DNA from: an uncultured bacterium
GTDB lineage: Bacteria > Muiribacteriota > UBA9980
DNA: 64,000 nt
Direction: 5' to 3'
Assembly: GCA_964421195.1 (NCBI GenBank)
Contig: CAYQWL010000003.1
Span: forward strand, 74-64,073
Below, in pieces: positions 51,755 to 60,160 of this stretch (position 1 is the first letter of the stretch; every line of letters starts with the position of its first letter). The notes below the pieces were generated by a model, which saw nothing but the letters and a program-made list of their open reading frames with translations, ran no database searches and was not told the DNA's origin. The translations under genes and the position numbers were made by a program.

Positions 51755-52486
51755 TTACATATACATTCCGCCATCTATAGTTAAAACCTGGCCCGTTATG
51801 TAAGACGCCTTTTCGGACGCTAAAAAAACGCAGGCAGACGCCACGTCTTCAGCTTTGCCAAAACGCTTCATAGGTATTTGTTTTTGATATTCTTTTTTTA
51901 TATCTTCACCGAGAGCGGCGGTCATATCGGTTTCGATAAAACCCGGCGCTACGGCGTTTACTCGAATACCGCGAGATCCGTATTCTTTAGCGATAGATTT
52001 GGTAAGTCCAAGCATTCCGGCCTTGGATGAGCAATAATTAGCCTGACCGGCATTTCCCATAAGGCCTACGACCGAACTTACGTTTACGATCGCCCCGCCG
52101 GCGCGGCCCATTACTTTTATAGCATTTTTGCAGGTAAGAAAACATGAATTCAAGTTTGTATTAATGACTTTTGTAAAATCTTCAAAAGTCATTCTTAAAA
52201 GTAACTTATCATTGGTTATACCTGCATTATTAATTAACACATCAAGACGATTATATTTATCTTCGAGCTGCTTAAACAAAGCCGTAACTTCCGTTTCGTT
52301 CGTAACGTCGCATTTAACGGCAAGAGCCTGAACTCCATACGTTTTTAATTCATCGATAACGCCGTCAGGCACGCTCGAATTATATGTAAAAACTACATCA
52401 TAACCGGATTTAGCGAATTCAAAAACTATGGCTTTTCCAATGCCGCGCGCGCCACCGGTTATTAAAGCGACTTTTCTACCTTCCAT
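51755..52486 (-). CDS. fabG: 3-oxoacyl-[ACP] reductase
   Basis: SDR with TGGARGIGKAI, NNAGI and the YCSSKAG catalytic motif. 243 aa. Confidence 0.9.
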   Translation of the reverse strand: MEGRKVALITGGARGIGKAIVFEFAKSGYDVVFTYNSSVPDGVIDELKTYGVQALAVKCDVTNETEVTALFKQLEDKYNRLDVLINNAGITNDKLLLRMTFEDFTKVINTNLNSCFLTCKNAIKVMGRAGGAIVNVSSVVGLMGNAGQANYCSSKAGMLGLTKSIAKEYGSRGIRVNAVAPGFIETDMTAALGEDIKKEYQKQIPMKRFGKAEDVASACVFLASEKASYITGQVLTIDGGMYM

Positions 52487-53459
52487 CGGTCATATCTCCC
52501 ATACGAGTATTTTCGAGAACTTCGAGAGTTTTTTCAAAAGTTTTTATATCTTCAATATTAAGAACGTTAATTTCACGATTTATCTTTCTTACAAGGCCCT
52601 TCAATACAGTTTTAGGCCCGAGTTCTATCATGGTGCGCACACCCATATCGTAAAGCGCGTTAACGCAATTCACCCATAATAAAGGCTGATAAATTTGACG
52701 AATAATAGCATCGGCTATAGTAGCAGTATCGTCGGTAAGATTACCGGGAACATTCATCGCTATCGGATAATCCGGCTGATAAAAATTAATTTCTTCCATA
52801 GTCTTCATAAGATTATCAGCCGCACCCTTCATTATATTCGAATGGAAAGCGCCGGAAACTGAAAGTGGAAATACCGATGCCCCTTCGGCTTTAGCTTTTT
52901 CGCCGGCCGCACGGACGCCCTCGACGGTTCCCGAAATTACAATCTGTTCAGGCGAATTAAATATAGCGACTGCAACATAATTACCCGATTCAGTGATTTC
53001 AAGACATAATTTATCGAGCTGCGGCTTTGTCATTCCCACTATCGCCGACATGGTGCCGTTCGTATTCTGGCCGGCTTCATGCATAAATTTTGCCCTGTTA
53101 TAAACAAATTTCAAGCCATCGGCGAAAGAATAGACATTCGCCGCGCATAAAGCGCTATATTCGCCAAGGCTATGGCCCGCTACGGCCGCCGGAACAATTT
53201 TTTTACCGTTGATTTCACGGGCGGTCAATAATCTATGGCATGCAGCCGACATGGTGTAAATCGCAGGCTGCGCATTAATGGTCTGCGTCAAAACTTCGTT
53301 CGGCGCTTCAAAGCACATTTTAGCAAGGTCATAGCCTAAAACCGACTGCGCTTCGTTAAATACATCGCGCACTTCGTTATATGCCGCATAAAGTTCGGCG
53401 CACATTCCACTGTACTGAGAACCCTGGCCTGGAAATATAAAAGCAATCCTGTTATTCAT
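52476..53459 (-). CDS. fabD: malonyl-CoA:ACP transacylase
   Basis: IAFIFPGQGSQYSGM and the GHSLGEYSAL active-site Ser motif. Confidence 0.9.
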   Translation of the reverse strand: MNNRIAFIFPGQGSQYSGMCAELYAAYNEVRDVFNEAQSVLGYDLAKMCFEAPNEVLTQTINAQPAIYTMSAACHRLLTAREINGKKIVPAAVAGHSLGEYSALCAANVYSFADGLKFVYNRAKFMHEAGQNTNGTMSAIVGMTKPQLDKLCLEITESGNYVAVAIFNSPEQIVISGTVEGVRAAGEKAKAEGASVFPLSVSGAFHSNIMKGAADNLMKTMEEINFYQPDYPIAMNVPGNLTDDTATIADAIIRQIYQPLLWVNCVNALYDMGVRTMIELGPKTVLKGLVRKINREINVLNIEDIKTFEKTLEVLENTRMGDMTDGR

Positions 53460-53560
53460 GATAATCCGGTAAAACTCCCTTCGTAAGTATCGCGCACATT
53501 ATGCGCGGATAAAAACCGCGGCTGTGCTGTAAAACTGCATAAAAAAAGCAAGACCGGGGA

Positions 53561-54565
53561 TTAAAAAAGCCCTGCTATGTCCTGCTTTATTTTTTCATTG
53601 ATTTTTTCGGCTACGAATTTTTCAGCCACGCCAATCGCGTTTTTAATAGCCTTAGCCCGCGAAGAGCCGTGTGAAATAATACACGTTCCCGGAACGCCGA
53701 GCAGCGGAGCGCCGCCATATTCGGCATAATCTAATTTTTTCTGCATATCGTCTATTACTTTCATAACCGGGCCGCCCCGGACGGTCTGATCGTTCGAGCC
53801 ATGCATATCTTTTTCTGAAGCGGCGCTTATAATTTTTTTCGCGGTCGATATAATCATTTCACATGTCGATTCAATGCTTTTAAGCATTATATTACCGGCG
53901 AACCCATCGCACACGATAACATCGCACATATTTTTAAAAACGCTCGAACCTTCTACGTTGCCTATAAAATTTAACTTAGAGTTTTTTAACAGCCCGAAAG
54001 TTTCGAGCGTGAGTTTATTTCCCTTACGATCTTCGGTGCCGTTAGAAAGCAGGCCGATTCGCGGGCTTTTACGGCCGAATATACGCTCGCTATAAATAGA
54101 GCCCATAATGGCAAATTGATAAAGATTTAAAGGTTTACAATCAGCCGTAGCTCCGGCATCGATTAATATCACCTCGCCATGCGGCGTGGGTATAGGCGTT
54201 GGAATGGCCGGCCGGTCGATACCGTCGATTTTTTTCCAGTTAATAACCGCGGCGGCCATACAGGCGCCTGTATTTCCAGCCGAAACATAAGCGTCGGCGG
54301 CATTTTCTTTTACAAGATTACAGCAGGCCGCGATGGTATTTTCACGCGAACGGGAAACCGGGCCGTCGTTAAATGAAATCACCCCGGTAACATGATGGAT
54401 CGATAAATTAGAAAGCTCTTTATAACCTTCGACTTTTTTAATCGCTTCTTCATCGCCGACTAAAATTATTTCAATGCCCGCCGAATTTTCAGCGGCCCCG
54501 ATTGCGCCTTTAACGATCTGTTCCGGAGCATAATCGCCGCCCATTGCATCAACCGCTATTTTCAC
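53561..54565 (-). CDS. plsX: phosphate acyltransferase PlsX
   Basis: MKIAVDAMGGDYAPE N-terminus and a conserved PlsX core. 334 aa. Confidence 0.9.
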   Translation of the reverse strand: MKIAVDAMGGDYAPEQIVKGAIGAAENSAGIEIILVGDEEAIKKVEGYKELSNLSIHHVTGVISFNDGPVSRSRENTIAACCNLVKENAADAYVSAGNTGACMAAAVINWKKIDGIDRPAIPTPIPTPHGEVILIDAGATADCKPLNLYQFAIMGSIYSERIFGRKSPRIGLLSNGTEDRKGNKLTLETFGLLKNSKLNFIGNVEGSSVFKNMCDVIVCDGFAGNIMLKSIESTCEMIISTAKKIISAASEKDMHGSNDQTVRGGPVMKVIDDMQKKLDYAEYGGAPLLGVPGTCIISHGSSRAKAIKNAIGVAEKFVAEKINEKIKQDIAGLF

Positions 54566-54627
54566 AAAGACCCTTCCCTTATATTAAATTTTACTTCAAA
54601 AAAGCAAAAACAGGCCTGACTATAAAT

Positions 54628-54828
54628 TTACTTTTTTTCCTTAATTTCAATAACTTTTTTTCCGCCGTAATTACCGCATGCAAGGCATACATGATGAGGA
54701 AGAACCGGTTGTTTGCATTCAGGATTAGAGCAAACTGAAATAGTTTTAGCGGTTTCTATTCTTTTCGACCATACCGCTCTGTCACGTCTGTTTCTGGTTT
54801 TACTATGTTTATGCTTTGGATTAGGCAT
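54628..54828 (-). CDS. rpmF: 50S ribosomal protein L32
   Basis: 66 aa. MPNPKHKHSKTRNRRDR N-terminus and a C4 zinc motif (CSNPEC...CLACG). Confidence 0.85.
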   Translation of the reverse strand: MPNPKHKHSKTRNRRDRAVWSKRIETAKTISVCSNPECKQPVLPHHVCLACGNYGGKKVIEIKEKK

Positions 54829-54865
54829 AATTCACTCTCCTGTCAAATTAATTTTAGGTCAGTAA

Positions 54866-54895
54866 ATTATATAATAAAAATCATTCAATTGTCAA
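54866..54895 (-). promoter_or_regulatory. candidate sigma70-type promoter for rpmF-plsX-fab operon (TTGACA - 18 nt - TATAAT on minus strand)
   Basis: The minus-strand sequence reads agttcTTGACAattgaatgatttttattaTATAATttact, divergent from the pel promoter. Confidence 0.3.
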
Positions 54896-54953
54896 GAACT
54901 GTTTTTATTTGTTTTTTATTTTATAAAAAATTATTATCTTCAAAACTTAATCG

Positions 54954-54982
54954 TTGACATTAAATTGTTGTTAATGTATTAT
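54954..54982 (+). promoter_or_regulatory. candidate sigma70-type promoter for the pel-like locus (TTGACA - 17 nt - TATTAT)
   Basis: TTGACA at 54954-54959 and TATTAT at 54977-54982, about 120 nt upstream of the first pel-locus ORF. Confidence 0.4.
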
Positions 54983-55102
54983 AAGCATGTTTATTTAGTT
55001 TATTATATTTTTATTTTTATTAAACACTTATTAAATACAATAATACATCAATACAAATAATGGTGCGATAACGCATCAAAAAGGCATCATGAATATAACG
55101 CA

Positions 55103-56248
55103 ATGCAGTTTAATATTTTTTATTTATTTTTAAACGGATATTTCAAAGCGCGGCAAACCGGAAGCGAAGTAACCCTGACACCAAAAACTAATATCAATTT
55201 AACATTTTTAGCCAATCGTTTCTGGCGGTTTTTAATTATTTCGCCGGGAATGTATTTTTTATTTTTATGTTTTTTACTTTATTTTACCATAATGCCGGAT
55301 CGCGGCTCCGCATTCGCTCAAAATAATTTTCATTCTGACCTTTTCAACGATGTCAATTCTTATGCTAACGCTTATGGAAATTATAATACAAAAGCGCTTA
55401 ATAAATTTTTAAAATTCGATCTGATTATTATAGAACCGTACAATGTACCGGATATCGATTTTTTAAAAAAACTCAAAAAAAAGGGGATTAAAATCATAGC
55501 ATATATAAGCGTCGGCGAAGCCGACTATAACAGACGTTATTTAAAAAACTGGCGTTCTTATCACAACACTCCCGATAACCCGAATATTCCACGTTCAAAA
55601 ATCAGCCCCGGCAACGCCGTTTTTTTAGGCGAAAACCCTGGATGGCCGGGATCGTATTACGCAGACACATCAAATGAAAAATGGCATAATATAATATTAC
55701 GCGAAGAACTTCCTTACATTTTATGGCTTGGAGGAGGCATATATGACGGTTTTTTTCTTGACGTTCTCGATGCGGCCGAAGTTTATAAAACAAAAAATAA
55801 CGGACATGAAATGACGAACGGTCTTATAAAACTCATTAAGAAAATCAAAGAAACTTATCCTGATAAAATTTTAATAGCAAACCGCGGATTCTCTATTTTA
55901 AAAGAAATCGCCCCTTATATAGACGCTCTTAAATATGAAGAATTTACCTCCGCTTATGGAAATATAAAAAATGAAGCGCATTATAAAAAATATTATTTAA
56001 AAATCGATAAAAAAGGACGCCGTATTAATTCAGACGAAATCGAAATTATTAAAGAAGCGCTGAAAATAAACCCGCGAATACTCATACTTGTTTTAGATCA
56101 CATAAAAACAAAACCACGCAATATAAAAATCGCAAAACTTTGCTTTCGAGAATCTCAAAAATTAGCCGATAATTTAAATTGTAAGGTTTTATGGTACGCC
56201 AATGCGGTGGAGCAGGATCTGCCGCTCTGGCCGGAATTCAAAAAATAG
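55103..56248 (+). CDS. GH114-like (PelA hydrolase-domain-like) putative exopolysaccharide glycoside hydrolase, secreted or membrane-anchored
   Basis: FDLIIIEPYNVPDIDFLKKLKKKGIKIIAYISVGEADYNRRY resembles the Glyco_hydro_114 TIM-barrel core of PelA_h and TM1410. A hydrophobic N-terminus is present. The alternative start at 55250 (MYFLFLCFLLYFTIM...AFA) would give a signal peptide. Confidence 0.5.
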   Translation: MQFNIFYLFLNGYFKARQTGSEVTLTPKTNINLTFLANRFWRFLIISPGMYFLFLCFLLYFTIMPDRGSAFAQNNFHSDLFNDVNSYANAYGNYNTKALNKFLKFDLIIIEPYNVPDIDFLKKLKKKGIKIIAYISVGEADYNRRYLKNWRSYHNTPDNPNIPRSKISPGNAVFLGENPGWPGSYYADTSNEKWHNIILREELPYILWLGGGIYDGFFLDVLDAAEVYKTKNNGHEMTNGLIKLIKKIKETYPDKILIANRGFSILKEIAPYIDALKYEEFTSAYGNIKNEAHYKKYYLKIDKKGRRINSDEIEIIKEALKINPRILILVLDHIKTKPRNIKIAKLCFRESQKLADNLNCKVLWYANAVEQDLPLWPEFKK

Positions 56249-56363
56249 CGGCCTTCCGGCAATATCTAACAAATTAACCACGCCGCATCGTTCCATTTAT
56301 AAACTCAAGGATTTTTCAAGGATTTTAATGTAGCTTTTTAACATGAATTATGATATAATTCAT

Positions 56364-56400
56364 AGGTTACATTTATCGATTATGTTACAGGTTACATTTA
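56364..56400 (+). promoter_or_regulatory. 12-nt direct repeat AGGTTACATTTA x2 upstream of pelD
   Basis: Exact copies at 56364-56375 and 56389-56400, 13 nt apart, in the 295-nt gap between the pelA-like gene and pelD. Confidence 0.3.
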
Positions 56401-56543
56401 CGATAAAATTAGTAAACTTTTAAAAAAATATAATAATAATTAAAAAAATATGATAATAAGTGCCATAATTAAAAATATGCATAAAATAATGCATTTTATT
56501 ATTAAACAGATTACGACCAGAACTAGAACGAGAGACGCAAGAA

Positions 56544-57944
56544 GTGTATCTAATAGAATCCGTTATATTTTCGGTATTTATTGCCGCTATAAATTACTTT
56601 TATTATCCATTGTCTTTTTTATTTATTGGAGACGCGGCCAATCCATACCAGATTTTATCAATATGCATGGCGGTAAGATACGGCTCATCTAAAGGCTTTT
56701 TTTCTTTTATCATTATAATTTCAATGGCTATAACGGCTGGAACTTTAAACAGCTCGGCTGATAGGCTATTACAAAACGAATCGATATATTTCATGCTTTC
56801 GGTACTTCTTACAACGCATATAGCGGGACAATTAAAAGATCATCAGGACTATCAATATAACCGCCTTAAATCGAAACACGAAAAATTATCGGCCGATTTT
56901 GAAAAATGCGCGCTCAATAACCTTATGCTCGAAGACGCCAACAAAGAGCTCACAAAAAAAATAGTAACCCGCTTTCAATCGCTTTCGACGGTTTATGAAG
57001 CGGCAAAAAGGCTTGAAACCCTCGATTACGATAAATTATTCCCTGCGGTGCTTCAAATACTCGAAAACCATATAAACGTTAAATCAGCGGCGTTTTACAT
57101 AAGAGAAAACGAACAACTTATTTTAAAAGCCGTTTCGGGTTCGTTCGGCGAAGAATTAGAAAATCGAATTAATATTTCAAGCCGCGCTTTATTCAATTAC
57201 GTCATAAAAAACAAAAAAACCATTTCATTACTTGACGACCTTCTATTAAACGAATCGTTGCCGGACAAAAAAGAATTCGAACGTTTTACCGCCGTATCGC
57301 CCGTTATATTCAATGACGTAATTTATGGAATTATCGCCGTGAAAGACCTTTCCTTCGATAATTTAAACGACACGTCGATAAGGATGATCTCCATGGTCGC
57401 CGAATGGGCCGGAATGTGCCTTAATAAAATCAATAATTTTACTCAAATCGAATCTGAAGTTCCGTTCGACCAAAAAATAAAATGTTATAAACCCGGCCAT
57501 TTAAAGCAATTAATAAAATCAGAAATATATAAAGCCGTAAGATATAAGCTCGAATTATCAATATGCAAAATCAGTATAATTAGTAATGATGTTATACCCG
57601 ATAATATTAAAACTTCGGTATATTTTTCTATAGGTTATATAATTAAAAATTCGATAAGGGAAATCGATATTTACGGCGCGTGCATGCAAAACGGATGTTT
57701 TATAATAATACTTCCGGTAACGGATATAAAAGGGGCGGGCGTTCTTCTTTCACGTTTAATCTCCGAAATTAATAATTTTAAAATAAAGCCGTATCACACC
57801 GACGAAGAGTTACATTTCGAAGCGAGCGCTCATTCGCTTGATGAAATAGCCGGCGGCAAAAAAATCGAAAAAATGACTTTAGGAAATTTAAACGAAGAAT
57901 CATATAAAATTTACAAAAAAATGATAGAGTATATAAACATTTAA
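56544..57944 (+). CDS. pelD: PelD-like c-di-GMP receptor (N-terminal TM helices, GAF domain, degenerate GGDEF domain with intact RxxD I-site)
   Basis: About 4 TM helices are followed by a GAF-like region. The C-terminal IREIDIYGACMQNGCFIIILPVTDIKGAGVLLSRLISEI aligns to the GGDEF domain C-terminus, with QNGCF replacing GG(D/E)EF and an upstream REID (RxxD). It sits next to pelF and pelG homologs. Confidence 0.7.
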   Translation: MYLIESVIFSVFIAAINYFYYPLSFLFIGDAANPYQILSICMAVRYGSSKGFFSFIIIISMAITAGTLNSSADRLLQNESIYFMLSVLLTTHIAGQLKDHQDYQYNRLKSKHEKLSADFEKCALNNLMLEDANKELTKKIVTRFQSLSTVYEAAKRLETLDYDKLFPAVLQILENHINVKSAAFYIRENEQLILKAVSGSFGEELENRINISSRALFNYVIKNKKTISLLDDLLLNESLPDKKEFERFTAVSPVIFNDVIYGIIAVKDLSFDNLNDTSIRMISMVAEWAGMCLNKINNFTQIESEVPFDQKIKCYKPGHLKQLIKSEIYKAVRYKLELSICKISIISNDVIPDNIKTSVYFSIGYIIKNSIREIDIYGACMQNGCFIIILPVTDIKGAGVLLSRLISEINNFKIKPYHTDEELHFEASAHSLDEIAGGKKIEKMTLGNLNEESYKIYKKMIEYINI

Positions 57945-57985
57945 GGTAAAATACGTCAAATACATTTTCATGGTGGCCATAATTA

Positions 57986-60160
57986 ATGCTTCAGGATAAA
58001 ATTTATTATACATCAATATTTACATGGCTTTCGATAATGATGTTATTCGTTATTTTTTCGCTTTTAACAGGGCTGCCCCCGGCGGATATTTTTATTACGC
58101 GATTTATTTTGATTAACACAGCGGGAGCTATTATATTCCTGCTGACATACGAGTTAATATATTCGTTAAATTTTGATTTTAAAGACGAAAACAATTTCAC
58201 AAAAAAAGATCTCACTTTTTTATTTCTTCTTATATTCGGTCCGGCGGGTTTATTACCGGTCAGCTTCATAATTCTCGCCTGCCTCGACAAACCTTCAAGA
58301 AATTTCGATACTATTATGACTGAAGACATAATTAAAGAGACAATTAAAACATCTTTTAATTATATAGACGTAGCGGCTGAATATCAAAAACAGATGTTTA
58401 AAGAAGCGGTTATCGACTCGATAATGTCGGAAAATAATTTCAAAAAAAGAAACGCCATCGACATATTATCGAAAATGAAAAACAGACAGGCGATAGCCGC
58501 GCTAAAATTAATGGCAAAAGACAAAGATCATGAAATAAGATTTATGGCCATAAATAAACTTAACGCGATAGAAGACGAATACATGCATGAATTCGACTGG
58601 TACAAAACCGCTATAAAAGTATGCGGCGCGGTTCCCGAATTAGTCTTTCAATACGCGGCGCTTATTTTAAAATTTTGCCGCCTTGAAATAATGTATAACG
58701 ATCTTTCTTATTTATATTATAAAAAAGCGGCCGGCCTTTTTAAAGCGCTTATCGATGAAAATCATTACCCGGACGAATCTTTATACGCTTATGCGGTATG
58801 CCTCCGAAATACGTCAAATGCATCCGGCGCGGCGGCGCTTCTTGAAAAGCGCCTTAACGAATTAAGCGGCAAAGCCGTCGATGAACTTGCCGCATGTTAC
58901 TACGACATAAAAAATAATAACGGACTGAAATATTTAATCGATAAAGCCGGAAAAAATGAAATACAATACGGCCCGAAACTTGGAGGCATAATTTCTAAAA
59001 ATACCGACGAAAAGTCAGAAAACGACGAATACGACGGCAGCGGCAATGAAAACTCCAGTCAAAATGAATTATACAGTATTTACAATATAAACGAATTTCT
59101 TCAAATATTTAAAAGCTGCCAGAATCTAAATTTCGACCAATATTACGCGCGCCTTAAAACGGTAACAAATACAGCCATGTATCCCGCTATTTTTAATGAA
59201 ATTTACAAAATGCCAAAATTTTCTAAAATATTATATTTAAAGCTGTTGAAAGGTCAGCTCGAAACGGAAAACGCAAGAAATTTAAAATATTTTTTATATG
59301 ATCCCGACCCGGCGCTCGTTTTTTTTGCCGCCGATGTATTATGCACCACGGAATTACCTCTGCGCAATGAAATATTTACAGGCCTTATTTTACATCCGCT
59401 CGACGAAGTAAAAATACTGTCAGTAAAATTTGCCGGTTTGAAAAGAATGCGCAGAACCGTCAGACTTCTTATAAAATTATTAAAATCTTCAAAAACGCAA
59501 CCGCCTCTAAAAAAAGAAATAATTACCGCCCTGATTAAAATAGGCGATAATTATGCTAATTCAGCAATATCCGCGGGTTTAAAAAACGATGAAGATCATT
59601 TTAAAATTCATGCGCTCAACGAAATTAAAAATTTTAACGCCCGTTTATTTCTCGACGATATCATTCAATTAATAGATTCATCGCCGATCGCCATTAAAAT
59701 CGCCGGTTTGAACGCAGCCGCTTCTTTTGGAGGCGAACAGGTTTTTAAAAAATTAACGCGCTATCTTAAAGATGACTGCGATGATATTTTACGCGAAGCG
59801 GCAACCGCCGAATTCTGCCGTGCGATGCGTCCTGAAGCCATAGAATGCGCCGTTAAATATTATTCCCGCGCGGCGGATAATAAAAAAATCGAAATTTATA
59901 ATAATTATTTTTCTTATTTAAGTAAAACCGCCATAGAAAATTATATAAAAAAATTAATAGATTCAAAAAATTATATCGGAAATGATTTTTTAAATATAAT
60001 TTTTAAATTTCGTCATGAGCTTGTATCATCCATAGCGGAAAATAATAAAAAAGAAGATAACGCTTTTTACGAATATTGCGAACAATTCATAAGCCGGCCA
60101 AAAATAAAACCGAACAAAGATATGCCTGCAGGCGCAAAACCGGGTGAGCGCAATGGCTGA
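57986..60160 (+). CDS. PelE-like membrane-anchored TPR/HEAT-repeat protein (enlarged, 724 aa)
   Basis: Four predicted N-terminal TM helices are followed by ~600 aa of alpha-helical TPR/HEAT-like repeats (KLMAKDKDHEIRFMAINKL..., DPDPALVFFAADVL..., DILREAATAEF). Lies between the pelD and pelF homologs. Confidence 0.5.
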   Translation: MLQDKIYYTSIFTWLSIMMLFVIFSLLTGLPPADIFITRFILINTAGAIIFLLTYELIYSLNFDFKDENNFTKKDLTFLFLLIFGPAGLLPVSFIILACLDKPSRNFDTIMTEDIIKETIKTSFNYIDVAAEYQKQMFKEAVIDSIMSENNFKKRNAIDILSKMKNRQAIAALKLMAKDKDHEIRFMAINKLNAIEDEYMHEFDWYKTAIKVCGAVPELVFQYAALILKFCRLEIMYNDLSYLYYKKAAGLFKALIDENHYPDESLYAYAVCLRNTSNASGAAALLEKRLNELSGKAVDELAACYYDIKNNNGLKYLIDKAGKNEIQYGPKLGGIISKNTDEKSENDEYDGSGNENSSQNELYSIYNINEFLQIFKSCQNLNFDQYYARLKTVTNTAMYPAIFNEIYKMPKFSKILYLKLLKGQLETENARNLKYFLYDPDPALVFFAADVLCTTELPLRNEIFTGLILHPLDEVKILSVKFAGLKRMRRTVRLLIKLLKSSKTQPPLKKEIITALIKIGDNYANSAISAGLKNDEDHFKIHALNEIKNFNARLFLDDIIQLIDSSPIAIKIAGLNAAASFGGEQVFKKLTRYLKDDCDDILREAATAEFCRAMRPEAIECAVKYYSRAADNKKIEIYNNYFSYLSKTAIENYIKKLIDSKNYIGNDFLNIIFKFRHELVSSIAENNKKEDNAFYEYCEQFISRPKIKPNKDMPAGAKPGERNG

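Noticed and set aside
56450-56692. 80 aa + strand ORF overlapping the pelD start
   Set aside because: It is in a different frame and overlaps the first TM helices of the PelD-like protein. It has no homology signal and is probably spurious, though the true pelD start could be debated.
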